Positions 27,742 to 37,587 of a DNA stretch of 64,000 nt are shown here, piece by piece. Each line of letters begins with the position of its first letter. The stretch's first letter is position 1. Origin of the DNA: a virus. The notes beneath the pieces are model-generated. The model was not told the origin of the DNA, did no database searches, and saw nothing but the letters and a program-made list of their open reading frames with translations. The DNA is taken from the IMG/VR virus record IMGVR_UViG_3300025120_010288, positions 6,857-70,856 of that record; one strand, given 5' to 3'. The position numbers were made by a program, and so were the translations under genes.

Positions 27742-30054
27742 ATGCCAGACCAATCGAATGATATTGAACTAATTATTGAAAATGCAGTAAGATATGCTGT
27801 AGAAAAAATGCACGAATATGTAACAACCGAACACTTGTTATATAGTTTGTTGCATACACAACCGTTTAGGAAATTGCTTACACAATTTGGTGTTGATACA
27901 CAAGCACTCAGCCAGGAAATTGATGCTTACATGAGCAGTTTAACAGCCGTACAATCACAAGAAAAAATCATAAAACCAAAGAAAACAAACACAATTGAAC
28001 GTGTGGTTAATCGAGCATTAACACAAGTCATGTTCCAAGGACGTAGTAGTATTACACCAATTGATTTGTATCTTAGTATAATGAGCGAAGGCAACAGCCA
28101 TGCACAGTATTTTTTAATGAAGTATGGGGCAAATAACGCAACATTCATGCAATGGTTAAACAAACAAAACAAAGGCAATGGTAACGAAATGCCAGGGCAA
28201 CTTACAGAAAAAGCTGCACATGAGATATTAAATGAGTACTGTGATAACATTACAGAAAAAGCTGCTGAAGGACTACTAGAGCCTATTATAGGACGAGACC
28301 AAGATATTGATGATATGATTGATGTATTAGCTAGAAAATTTAAAAGTAATGTGTTATTAATTGGTGACCCCGGCGTTGGTAAAACTGCACTTATTGATGG
28401 ATTAAGTACTAAAATTGTAAACGATGAAGTACCTGAATACTTACAGGGACATGATGTGTACGAACTTAATATTGGTAACTTGTTAGCAGGCAGCAAATAC
28501 CGCGGTGACTTTGAAGAAAAATTAAAATATATTATAGAAGCTCTTAGTAAAAATAAAAATAGTATATTATTTATTGACGAAGCACACACTATGAGAGGGG
28601 CTGGTGCTACAGGTGGTGGCAGTGTTGATTTTGCAAACATGATTAAACCAGCACTTAGTAGAGGTACTCTTAAAGTTATTGCTAGTACTACATTTGAAGA
28701 ATTTTACGAAACGTTTGAAAAAGACCGAGCATTGATGCGTAGATTCCACAAACAAACAGTTGGGGAACCTACTCCTGAAGTTACTGAACAAATATTAATT
28801 GGCGTTAGCACAAGACTTGAACAATATCATAATGTATTAGTTGACACTGATGCTATTATGAGTGCAGTAGAATTAAGCAACCGCTATATAACTGATAAGA
28901 AGAATCCAGATAAAAGCATTGATTTAATTGATGCAGTATGTGCTAAATTACGTGCAAAAGATTTGAAAGAAGCTACAGTAACAAAAGAAATGATTGTTGA
29001 TCAAGTTAGCAGTGTTACTCAAATCAGTATAGATAGATTAGACAAAAGCAATAGCGACAAACTTACTAATCTTGAAACAAATATTAAAAGCAAGATATAT
29101 GGCCAAGATACGGCAATTGACGAGATATTATCTAAAATTTATGTAAGTTTTAGTGGTATTGGAAATCCAAATCGCCCAATGGCAAGTTATCTATTTTTAG
29201 GGCCAACTGGCACAGGCAAAACTGAAGTTGCAAAACAACTAAGTGAACAATTGAGCATGCCTTTAATGAAATATGATATGAGTGAATATCAAGAAAAACA
29301 TACATTAAGTACACTAATAGGTGCACCTCCTGGATATGTTGGATTTGAAGACAGTAGTTTACAAGGTGGTAAATTAATTAGCGATATTAACAAAAATCCT
29401 TTTAGTATTTTGTTGTTTGATGAAATTGAAAAAGCTCATCCAGATGTTACTAATATATTGTTGCAAATGTTAGACGAAGGAAATATTACCAGCAACAACG
29501 GAAAAGCCGTAAGTTGTAAAAATTGTTTAATTATACTTACAAGTAACTTAGGTGCGGCCGCAAGCGAACGAAACAACATTGGATTTGGGAATCAAGAAAA
29601 GACCGGTGAAGACGATAAAGCTATGAAACAATTTTTTAAGCCTGAATTTAGAAATAGGATTGATAGCATATGTAAATTTGATCATCTAAGTGAATTAAGT
29701 ATTAAAAAGATTGTAGTTAAATTTTTAAATGAATTACGTGAGTCATTAAGTGACAAAAAAATTAAACTTGATATATCAGAAACTGCGATAGATTATATAG
29801 CAACTAGTGGTTATGACAAGAAGATGGGTGCAAGACCACTTAGTAGAAAAATTGACAGTCTGGTGCGAGTCCCGTTAAGTAAAAGAATACTGTTTAATAA
29901 TCTTCAAGATACTATTATAAAGATAGACTTTGTTGATGGTGACATAGTATTTGAAGAAAAAGAATTATCTACTGTGGATTTAGAACCAGTAGTTGGTTCT
30001 GTAGACCAATCAGGATATATAGTAATTGACCGTTTTAAACCTAAAGATCAATAA
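27742..30054 (+). CDS. clpA: ATP-dependent Clp protease ATPase subunit ClpA
   Basis: Clp N-domain, GDPGVGKT and GPTGTGKT, IGF loop; no ClpB middle domain; TAAATA at 27706. Confidence 0.92.
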   Translation: MPDQSNDIELIIENAVRYAVEKMHEYVTTEHLLYSLLHTQPFRKLLTQFGVDTQALSQEIDAYMSSLTAVQSQEKIIKPKKTNTIERVVNRALTQVMFQGRSSITPIDLYLSIMSEGNSHAQYFLMKYGANNATFMQWLNKQNKGNGNEMPGQLTEKAAHEILNEYCDNITEKAAEGLLEPIIGRDQDIDDMIDVLARKFKSNVLLIGDPGVGKTALIDGLSTKIVNDEVPEYLQGHDVYELNIGNLLAGSKYRGDFEEKLKYIIEALSKNKNSILFIDEAHTMRGAGATGGGSVDFANMIKPALSRGTLKVIASTTFEEFYETFEKDRALMRRFHKQTVGEPTPEVTEQILIGVSTRLEQYHNVLVDTDAIMSAVELSNRYITDKKNPDKSIDLIDAVCAKLRAKDLKEATVTKEMIVDQVSSVTQISIDRLDKSNSDKLTNLETNIKSKIYGQDTAIDEILSKIYVSFSGIGNPNRPMASYLFLGPTGTGKTEVAKQLSEQLSMPLMKYDMSEYQEKHTLSTLIGAPPGYVGFEDSSLQGGKLISDINKNPFSILLFDEIEKAHPDVTNILLQMLDEGNITSNNGKAVSCKNCLIILTSNLGAAASERNNIGFGNQEKTGEDDKAMKQFFKPEFRNRIDSICKFDHLSELSIKKIVVKFLNELRESLSDKKIKLDISETAIDYIATSGYDKKMGARPLSRKIDSLVRVPLSKRILFNNLQDTIIKIDFVDGDIVFEEKELSTVDLEPVVGSVDQSGYIVIDRFKPKDQ

Positions 30055-30742
30055 GTGCAATACAAATAAGCTATATTTTAATCAATATCGGTATTGTCTG
30101 AGTTTTGATTTAATAGGGATCCAGTGCCTGCGAAACATCATGCAAGTGCGTGATCAAACACAAATAAATAATTTTATTTTAACCAGTGTTGCGGAATACG
30201 CTCGAGGTCGCAAAGAAGGACCTTACTATCACGAACCCAAGCATCCTAAGTTTGAAATTGGTCATGCAGACAACAAATGTTTGTTAAAGTTTGGTAACCG
30301 TTTGTATCAAAACAAAGGCAAAGTACACTTTAAAATTGTTTACGAATCAGGTGCATATGTATATGGAAATAATCTTATTGAATTAGCCGAATTGTTTGAT
30401 GACACTTGTGCATTAGTTACTAATATAAGAGAAAGCGTAGTTACAAGGCCTAGAGATTCTTTTGTATGTAGGCATAGTCTTCATAATTTACGCAGTTACT
30501 TTAAAGAACAACGAATAAACAGCAAAACAAAATCAAGCATTACAACATATTTTAGAACTCAAGATACAAAAACTATAACACTTAGCAAAAGTATGTCAGA
30601 ATTTTTAGATAGCCCACAACAGTTATGGATTGAAAGACATTACTTTTTTGATTATACAAACGCAAGCATTTTAAACATGTTAGAGTTTGCATATCCAAAT
30701 TTAATTAGAGAGACAATGATAAAACATAAGGTAAATAGTTGA
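30026..30742 (+). CDS. hypothetical protein
   Basis: Long ORF filling the gap; KLYFNQYRY motif; start uncertain. Confidence 0.65.
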   Translation: MTVLNLKINKCNTNKLYFNQYRYCLSFDLIGIQCLRNIMQVRDQTQINNFILTSVAEYARGRKEGPYYHEPKHPKFEIGHADNKCLLKFGNRLYQNKGKVHFKIVYESGAYVYGNNLIELAELFDDTCALVTNIRESVVTRPRDSFVCRHSLHNLRSYFKEQRINSKTKSSITTYFRTQDTKTITLSKSMSEFLDSPQQLWIERHYFFDYTNASILNMLEFAYPNLIRETMIKHKVNS

Positions 30743-30744
30743 CT

Positions 30745-30924
30745 ATGGCAAAGATACAAGAACAAATACTGATTATAAAGTTAAGCAAATTGGTTAAAGA
30801 CGATTCCAATTCTGGAAATGTAGTAGCCGATACCGATGGGTTGATTGGAACACTTGAGCAAGTGGCACAAGAACTAGTTGACAAAGACATCATAGTCGAA
30901 GTAGAGACGGTAGAACAGCAATGA
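30745..30924 (+). CDS. small late hypothetical protein
   Basis: MAKIQEQILIIKLSKLVK; TAAATA 7 nt upstream. Confidence 0.7.
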   Translation: MAKIQEQILIIKLSKLVKDDSNSGNVVADTDGLIGTLEQVAQELVDKDIIVEVETVEQQ

Positions 30925-31286
30925 AAACAACAACTTTACAATTATTACCTACAACATCGTTTGGCACGCCCAGCGGTAATTACGATGGCAGTAGTGTTGA
31001 TTGGGAAGGTGATCGAGCAAAAGCTGCTGCATATTATGTACGAGGTGGCGGACTTCAAACTGTTGCTTATTTCTTAACTGGATTTGTTGGAACTATTAAT
31101 TGTCAAGGCAGTGTAGCAACAGATCCAACCACAGATGCTGATTGGTTTATAGTTGACACGTACACTGCAAGTAGCACAACAACTTCAAATTTTAGCAAAA
31201 ACATAAACGGAAACCTGAGTTGGCTTAGAGCTGAAGTCAAAGACTTTAGTGCTGGCAGTATTCAAAAATTAATGGTATCTTATTAA
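30921..31286 (+). CDS. putative virion beta-sandwich protein
   Basis: Ser/Thr/Gly-rich beta pattern; in late operon. Confidence 0.6.
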   Translation: MKTTTLQLLPTTSFGTPSGNYDGSSVDWEGDRAKAAAYYVRGGGLQTVAYFLTGFVGTINCQGSVATDPTTDADWFIVDTYTASSTTTSNFSKNINGNLSWLRAEVKDFSAGSIQKLMVSY

Positions 31287-31724
31287 ATGACCCCACAAAC
31301 GTGTAACATTCGTTTCCAAACTCGAGCAACGGGATTGGGACTAACCCTTACTATAAAACTTAACGATGAAGTAATTAAAACTTTTGAAGAAACTCCAGTT
31401 GAATGGACTGAGGTATTTTATAGCTTTCCTGACGAAGATAAGCCATATAAACTTGTTATTGAAATGAGTGGCAAAACAGATGACCATACTGTGCTGGATG
31501 ACGATGGTAATATTATGTTAGACTCGCTTATTGAAATCAAAGATATGTCACTTGATGAAATAGAGTTAGGATTTGTATTCAGTGAACAAGCAAAGTATCA
31601 TCACAACGGTAATGGCTACACAGAATGGCAAGAAGAAGAATTCCACGGCATAATGGGATGTAATGGCTACGTTGAAATGAACTTTACAGGACCAGTGTAT
31701 CTGTGGTTACTAGAAAACATGTAA
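31287..31724 (+). CDS. hypothetical protein
   Basis: Adjacent ORF ending PVYLWLLENM. Confidence 0.7.
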   Translation: MTPQTCNIRFQTRATGLGLTLTIKLNDEVIKTFEETPVEWTEVFYSFPDEDKPYKLVIEMSGKTDDHTVLDDDGNIMLDSLIEIKDMSLDEIELGFVFSEQAKYHHNGNGYTEWQEEEFHGIMGCNGYVEMNFTGPVYLWLLENM

Positions 31725-31732
31725 GATTAAAA

Positions 31733-31738
31733 TAAATA
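31733..31738 (+). promoter_or_regulatory. late promoter core, 5 nt before ATG
   Basis: TAAATA-GTATT-ATG. Confidence 0.6.
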
Positions 31739-31743
31739 GTATT

Positions 31744-32796
31744 ATGAAAAAGTTAGTTATTATACCAGGTGGGTTTCATCCGTTTCATGCAGGACATATG
31801 AGCTTGTATAATGCAGCCAAGAGTGCATTTCCCAGTGCAGATGTGTATGTTGCTGCAACAAATGACAAAAGCACAAGACCGTTTCCTTTTAAATTGAAAA
31901 AGATGTTGGCTATTGCCGCTGGTGTTCCTGCTAACAGATTCATACAAGTTAAATCACCTTTTAGAAGTCAAGAAATCACACAACATTACGATCCTAAAAC
32001 TACGCAATTAATATATGTACGCAGTGAAAAAGACAAAACTGAACAGCCTGTACCAGGTGGAAACAAAAAAGACGGATCGCCCAGTTACTTACAACCGTAT
32101 TCACGCACAGGCCGTAAAGCTATGGATGAGTTTGCATACATGACTTACATGCCAGTTGAGCAATTTGGACCTGGTATGACCAGTGCTACTGAAATACGTA
32201 CTAAGTGGCCCGACATGCGTAATGATCAAAAACTTAATCTAGTAGGTGTACTTTATCCAAATTATGCTAATAACGAAAAACAATTACAAAAGTTAGTTGA
32301 CATTATTGATCAAGTGCTTGGTAAACAAGTAGATGAAAGAAAACTCACTGGTGCAGAAAAACGTAGTAAAGAAGTAAACTTTAAAAAACTAAAACCAGAA
32401 CTTGATGACTTTAAGAAACGCTATGGCAAAGATGCAGAAAGTGTAATGCATGCTGTTGCAACAAAACAAGCAAAAGCAAAAAATGAAGATGTTGCAAACG
32501 AAGCCACTATGGCAAATACTGACGATGGTATACTAGTATATCCTGATGGTGGACTAGGTGGTTATTCTCCTGAGGGACTTGAACGTGCTGTAATACGACA
32601 TTTTGAAGAAGTGCTTGCACAAGCTAAGTCTGGCAATTTAGATAATGTTAATTACTTACTGTACAAAGGTGGAGTAATTGAAAGCAAACTCAAAGCATTG
32701 CGCCAATGGCAAGATTGGCTTGAAAAACGTGGCAAACGTCCACTAGCTAAAAGCAAGACATATGATCTTGCAAACGAAGATTACTTAGATGAATAA
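31744..32796 (+). CDS. HxGH cytidylyltransferase-like domain with extra C-terminal modules
   Basis: GGFHPFHAGH, PF, SATEIR; then VDE|RKLT...FKKRYGKDAESVMHAVATK and ANE|ATM modules. Confidence 0.85.
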   Translation: MKKLVIIPGGFHPFHAGHMSLYNAAKSAFPSADVYVAATNDKSTRPFPFKLKKMLAIAAGVPANRFIQVKSPFRSQEITQHYDPKTTQLIYVRSEKDKTEQPVPGGNKKDGSPSYLQPYSRTGRKAMDEFAYMTYMPVEQFGPGMTSATEIRTKWPDMRNDQKLNLVGVLYPNYANNEKQLQKLVDIIDQVLGKQVDERKLTGAEKRSKEVNFKKLKPELDDFKKRYGKDAESVMHAVATKQAKAKNEDVANEATMANTDDGILVYPDGGLGGYSPEGLERAVIRHFEEVLAQAKSGNLDNVNYLLYKGGVIESKLKALRQWQDWLEKRGKRPLAKSKTYDLANEDYLDE

Positions 32797-33050
32797 TGTC
32801 ACCAAGTACTCTGATAGAAATCCTCCAGGAATGGCGTAAAGAACGCAACAAACACTCCAACAAAACTTTCAAACAATGGTTAAAACATGTAGGCGGCCTT
32901 TGGGTGTCCAAAGAAGAATGGGCAAAGCTAGGGCGTTGGGAGACATGGCGTCCAGCTGTTAAAGATACAGGTAACAAATTAGGAAAATTATTCATAGTAA
33001 AAGTAGGAACAGTAATAATTTTAATACTATGGGTGACATTTTTCTCTTGA
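32796..33050 (+). CDS. hypothetical membrane-anchored protein
   Basis: C-terminal hydrophobic helix; TAATG coupling. Confidence 0.6.
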   Translation: MSPSTLIEILQEWRKERNKHSNKTFKQWLKHVGGLWVSKEEWAKLGRWETWRPAVKDTGNKLGKLFIVKVGTVIILILWVTFFS

Positions 33051-33075
33051 CATTGTTATTAATGTGTCATATAAT
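33047..33075 (+). promoter_or_regulatory. sigma70-type promoter for tRNA-Gly
   Basis: TTGACA-17-TATAAT. Confidence 0.85.
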
Positions 33076-33087
33076 AATATAGAATAA

Positions 33088-33161
33088 GCGGGTGTCGTAT
33101 AATGGTATTACCTGAGATTTCCAATCTCATGACAGGAGTTCGATTCTCCTCACCCGCTCCA
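33088..33161 (+). tRNA. tRNA-Gly (TCC)
   Basis: GCGGGTG/CACCCGC acceptor stem, TGAGA-TTTCCAA-TCTCA anticodon arm, TTCGATT T-loop, encoded CCA. Confidence 0.95.
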
Positions 33162-33231
33162 ACTATAAATTTATCCCGTACCAGTTATGCAGTGTAAATA
33201 TGCATAGTGTCACAACATATTAGAGGATTAT

Positions 33232-34167
33232 ATGCCAAGTACAACCAAAACAATACCTACAGATGAATTTGAACAAGCCGAAGAGGGCATTAAACAGTCA
33301 GAACAAACTGGTAATCAAGTAACAGTTGATGTTGACTATTTAAGAACTACTAAAATACATATTTGTATGCCATGTTACGGAGGACAGTTAACCGAATCAG
33401 CATTTATGAGTTATATTCGATTTGCTAATACATGTCGACAACTTGACATTGATTGGACAATGGAAACACTAACAAATGAAAGTTTGATTTGTCGGGCTCG
33501 TAATACATTAGTTTCACGTTTCTTGTCTAACCCAGACAGCACTCATTTAATGTTTATTGATGCTGACATTGGGTGGGAGCCTTGGCATTTATTAGCACTA
33601 CTTGATCACAGGAAAGATGTAATTGGTGGGCTATATCCAATGAAAACCCTTCCCATTAAATGGGTTGTAAATGGGTTTGAAGGAGCAGAAATTGATGGTA
33701 ACTTACAGGAAGTAAGTAAAACCGGCACTGGCTTTATGCTAATTAAACGTGATGTATTTGAGAAATTAAATCATCACAAGAGTGTTATTCCATTCAAAAA
33801 CGACATTGGCCTAGACCCAGCACTGGACCAACATCTCAAAACATATTTTACTACAGAAGTACGTGACAATCGATACTATAGTGAAGATTGGACCTTTTGT
33901 GAAAACTTCCGAGACATTGGCGGAAAAATTTGGATTGACAAACGAGTGTTGTTATCACATACTGGTACTTTTGTATATGACTTTAAAACACAGCCAAAAA
34001 TTTATCAAGCTCTAAAAGAACTTGAGGCAAACAATCAAATTACAAAACTACAACCAGCAGAAGAATCTGACCAAGAAGAAGCAATTTCAGAAAAACCTGA
34101 GATTGGTGACGTTGCTCCTATATTATCTGCTACTAACAAAAAGAAAACAAAGACAAAGCCCGCGTGA
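33232..34167 (+). CDS. GT-A fold glycosyltransferase
   Basis: MPCYGG, ESLI.RARN, FIDAD, GTGFMLI, YSEDW.FC; TAAATA at 33195. Confidence 0.85.
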   Translation: MPSTTKTIPTDEFEQAEEGIKQSEQTGNQVTVDVDYLRTTKIHICMPCYGGQLTESAFMSYIRFANTCRQLDIDWTMETLTNESLICRARNTLVSRFLSNPDSTHLMFIDADIGWEPWHLLALLDHRKDVIGGLYPMKTLPIKWVVNGFEGAEIDGNLQEVSKTGTGFMLIKRDVFEKLNHHKSVIPFKNDIGLDPALDQHLKTYFTTEVRDNRYYSEDWTFCENFRDIGGKIWIDKRVLLSHTGTFVYDFKTQPKIYQALKELEANNQITKLQPAEESDQEEAISEKPEIGDVAPILSATNKKKTKTKPA

Positions 34168-34173
34168 AAGATA

Positions 34174-34250
34174 CTGCCCTTAGCTCAGCTGGATAGAGCA
34201 AGTGCCTTCTAAGCACTAGGTCGGAGGTTCGAATCCCTCAGGGCAGGCCA
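34174..34250 (+). tRNA. tRNA-Arg (TCT)
   Basis: CTGCCCT/AGGGCAG acceptor stem, AGTGC-CTTCTAA-GCACT anticodon arm, TTCGAAT, CCA. Confidence 0.95.
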
Positions 34251-34286
34251 ATTTGACTCTTCAGTTCATGCATTTTAGATCTAAGG

Positions 34287-34292
34287 TAAATA
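34287..34292 (+). promoter_or_regulatory. late promoter core, 7 nt before ATG
   Basis: TAAATA-TGTTACA-ATG. Confidence 0.6.
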
Positions 34293-34299
34293 TGTTACA

Positions 34300-36786
34300 A
34301 TGGATATACATGAGCTAGAAAACTACCAATTATCAGATGCAGTGAAATTTCACCAAGCATTAAATCCCGTACTATGGAACAGTAACGAACATTTAGAACC
34401 AGAAGTTCGAGATGCGTTGTTGTCAATGGCTGATGATTTTAGAGAATTCCTCGGCGTGCCTGCGTTAGATATTAAAGATATCACTGTCAGTGGCAGTAAC
34501 AGTGCTTATAATTATACACCAACTAGTGATATAGATTTACACCTTGTTGTAGATATTTCAAAACTCAAAGACAATGAAATATATGCAGAGCTATTTAATG
34601 CTAAAAAATATCAATACAACGATTTGCACAACTTTCATGTTGGAGATCATGACGTTGAATTGTATGTACAACAAGCAGATGAAACGCATCATTCACAAGG
34701 AATTTATAGTTTAGTTGACAATGAATGGAAACGTGTACCCAGTCGAAAGTTTCCAAAAATAGATGACATGAGTGTACAAAACAAGTACGAAGATTTAGGT
34801 CATCGTATTGAAGCTGCTATTGCCGATGGTGGAATAGAAGAATTAACCAGTATTAATGAAAAAATTGGAAAAATTCGCAGTAATGGATTAGAAACAACTG
34901 GCGAGTTTGGACCTGAGAACTTATCTTTTAAATTGTTACGTAACAATGGATTAATTGATGAATTACGCAATGCCCTCAATAATGCTGTTGATGATGAGTT
35001 TAGTATTAAAGAAACTACTCCTAGCATACTAGATGAAATATGGGGATTTGCTTCTAGGAGTGGATCTAGCCGAAGCCGTGGTACAATTAAAAAGAAAAAA
35101 GAAAAGTTTGAACCTAGTACTAGAGACAAATTAATAGCACGTAGACAAGCAGCTGCAAAAGGCGATAAAGATGCGTTCCGTAAAAGTTATGATCAACTAT
35201 CTAAAGAAAAAGAAGTAACTGAAGTAATTGACGAACCACAAGAAGTTGAAAACATTGTAATTACGATTAAAAAATTTGTAGACTACTGTAAAGACTATTT
35301 GAAAATAGAAACTGTTCCAATTATACGTATTAAAAAAGACCCACAGTGGAGTAAACGCAACAAAACATTTGGACAATATGACAGTTTAAATAATTTACTT
35401 CATATCAGTGTTGCAAATCGACACACAGTAGATGTACTTAGAACATTAGCCCATGAACTAGTACACCGAAAGCAAACGGAACTAGCCGATCTTCCGTATG
35501 ATGCTGGCACAACTGGTAGTCACTGGGAAAACGAAGCCAATGCTGGCGCTGGTATCATAATGCGTAACTTTGCTGAACAAAACCCAAGTGCATTTGTATT
35601 TGAAAGCAGCGGGTATATTCCAACTGCAGCACAAGCTAACGATCCACGATACAGTATGGCACTAACCAAAGATGTACGACCTGGCGCTATACATAAAAAT
35701 GCTAAAAAGATGGGATGGAAAACTGATAAGTTGGGAAGACCTCCTGTTATGATGAAAAAAGCTGCAAAAAACAGCACTCCTAATAAACTTTTTAATTTGG
35801 GATTAAGTGAGGATATTTCACAACCACAATTAGACGGTCTGGAAACAATTGTTGATCGTGCATTTAGTAAAGTAGGTATTGATGTTGAGTTTACTCGACA
35901 TTTTTTACAAAGAGCAAACGATGATCGTAACGGTGAACCAATTACTATAAAAGAATTAGGTCAAATATTTGCTAAAGAATATAAGCGTTGGGGCAAACCT
36001 ATTGCACAAATGGGGCCTGATACACAAGCAGTAATGAAAGATTTAGAAAGCGATATTAATATCCCATTCGCTCTAAATTGGAATGGCAAAGAACTAGAAC
36101 TAGTTGCTAAAACTGTAATGCGTAAGAAAAACTTTAAAACACCAAATCAAGAGTTTAGAGTTGAAAACAAAGTAAACGAAGCATTGGATAATCCATATCC
36201 TTATACACTAGAAGGACCTAGCAAAATTGGCACTTGGGTAGGAAAAGCAGACACACCTAATGGTCCACTAGTTATGGACTTTGACGGAAATGAAAATCAA
36301 GATGATTTTAGTATTGACTTTTCAGTTAACAGAAGAATGGGCCTTGAAGGTACCGGAGATGCATTTAGAATATTCGCTACAGTTGTAGCAATAATGAATG
36401 AATGGATATCCAAAGTAGGCATTGAACGTGTACAACAATTTGATTTTAACGCTGACAAAGAAGAACATGACAGTGACGGTAGATCAAAATTATATGATCG
36501 CTTTGCAAAAAAACTTGCTAGCCAATTGGGATGGAGTGTACAAAAGAGTGTTACAGGCAATGGTAGTACAGACTTCTTTTCACTACAGAATCCAAAACTA
36601 CAAACAAATGAAAACTTTGCTGACGGTAAGAAAAAAGGTAAAAGTCGTCCAGGTAGAGTAAAGAAGTCAGGTGCTAGTTGTAATGGCACAGTAACACAGT
36701 TGCGTAAACGTGCTAAAAATTCAAGTGGTGAGAAGGCTAAAATGTATCACTGGTGTGCAAATATGAAGTCAGGAAAGAAAAAATGA
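34300..36786 (+). CDS. multidomain (polyvalent) protein: Pol-beta nucleotidyltransferase, zincin metallopeptidase and further modules
   Basis: GS...Y.Y...SDIDLH and DVELY; RTLAHELVH..Q....E.EANA; modules separated by IKE/LDE/VTE/VFE/LSE/VNE/TNE. Confidence 0.85.
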   Translation: MDIHELENYQLSDAVKFHQALNPVLWNSNEHLEPEVRDALLSMADDFREFLGVPALDIKDITVSGSNSAYNYTPTSDIDLHLVVDISKLKDNEIYAELFNAKKYQYNDLHNFHVGDHDVELYVQQADETHHSQGIYSLVDNEWKRVPSRKFPKIDDMSVQNKYEDLGHRIEAAIADGGIEELTSINEKIGKIRSNGLETTGEFGPENLSFKLLRNNGLIDELRNALNNAVDDEFSIKETTPSILDEIWGFASRSGSSRSRGTIKKKKEKFEPSTRDKLIARRQAAAKGDKDAFRKSYDQLSKEKEVTEVIDEPQEVENIVITIKKFVDYCKDYLKIETVPIIRIKKDPQWSKRNKTFGQYDSLNNLLHISVANRHTVDVLRTLAHELVHRKQTELADLPYDAGTTGSHWENEANAGAGIIMRNFAEQNPSAFVFESSGYIPTAAQANDPRYSMALTKDVRPGAIHKNAKKMGWKTDKLGRPPVMMKKAAKNSTPNKLFNLGLSEDISQPQLDGLETIVDRAFSKVGIDVEFTRHFLQRANDDRNGEPITIKELGQIFAKEYKRWGKPIAQMGPDTQAVMKDLESDINIPFALNWNGKELELVAKTVMRKKNFKTPNQEFRVENKVNEALDNPYPYTLEGPSKIGTWVGKADTPNGPLVMDFDGNENQDDFSIDFSVNRRMGLEGTGDAFRIFATVVAIMNEWISKVGIERVQQFDFNADKEEHDSDGRSKLYDRFAKKLASQLGWSVQKSVTGNGSTDFFSLQNPKLQTNENFADGKKKGKSRPGRVKKSGASCNGTVTQLRKRAKNSSGEKAKMYHWCANMKSGKKK

Positions 36787-37337
36787 GAGCTATTCAATTC
36801 ATAGAAAGTACAATATATGAACAGTTAGGTAGAAAACTACCCGATTCTGCAGAAATTTATGTTGACATGGATGGTGTATTAGCTGATTTTTTTGGTGAGT
36901 GGACTAAAATGATGAATGTCAAAAACTGGAAAGACATCAAAGATATACAACCTGCATTGCAAAAAATACGCAACACAGAAAATTTTTGGTTAAACTTGCC
37001 ATTGCTACCCGAAGCTAAAAAGTTACTAATGTTAATTAAAAAAGTCAAAGGTAGTTACAATATATGTACAAGTCCTCTAGCCGATGATCCTAGAAGTGAG
37101 CCGCACAAGCGTGAATGGATTAAAAAGAATCTAGCATTTTTCCCACCAAAAAACATTTATATTACACATGATAAACCACAGTTTGCCAAAAACCCAGATG
37201 GTACTCCTAATATACTAATTGATGACTTTGGTAAAAACATTGCAGCGTGGGAAGCAGCAGGTGGTATTGGATTTAAATACAAAGACACAAAATTTAATAG
37301 AACAGCCAAAGCACTCAGCATGGCAGAAAACGGATAA
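36783..37337 (+). CDS. 5'(3')-deoxyribonucleotidase (NT5C HAD) with an N-terminal MRAIQFIE tag
   Basis: YVDMDGVLADF, K.EWI, ILIDD...NI..W..AGG.G. Confidence 0.88.
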   Translation: MRAIQFIESTIYEQLGRKLPDSAEIYVDMDGVLADFFGEWTKMMNVKNWKDIKDIQPALQKIRNTENFWLNLPLLPEAKKLLMLIKKVKGSYNICTSPLADDPRSEPHKREWIKKNLAFFPPKNIYITHDKPQFAKNPDGTPNILIDDFGKNIAAWEAAGGIGFKYKDTKFNRTAKALSMAENG

Positions 37338-37345
37338 ATATATCT

Positions 37346-37579
37346 ATGAGGGCAAAACAGTTCATACGTAATACAAGAAACCAATACAATCATCCTTCAG
37401 CGGCAGGCGCTGGGTTGAAAACCTATACTATGAAAATTAAACTCAAACAGCCTGGGTATACTCAAATAGTTGACACTACAGTACAGGCTCGCACTCCAGA
37501 AATGGCACGTAGAATTATACGTCAGCAACACAATAACCGAAATGTAATAGTTGGAACACCTCGGGAAATCAAAAGCTAA
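37346..37579 (+). CDS. small basic late protein
   Basis: TAAATA 5 nt upstream; starts MRAKQFI. Confidence 0.7.
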   Translation: MRAKQFIRNTRNQYNHPSAAGAGLKTYTMKIKLKQPGYTQIVDTTVQARTPEMARRIIRQQHNNRNVIVGTPREIKS

Positions 37580-37587
37580 ATAAAAAT

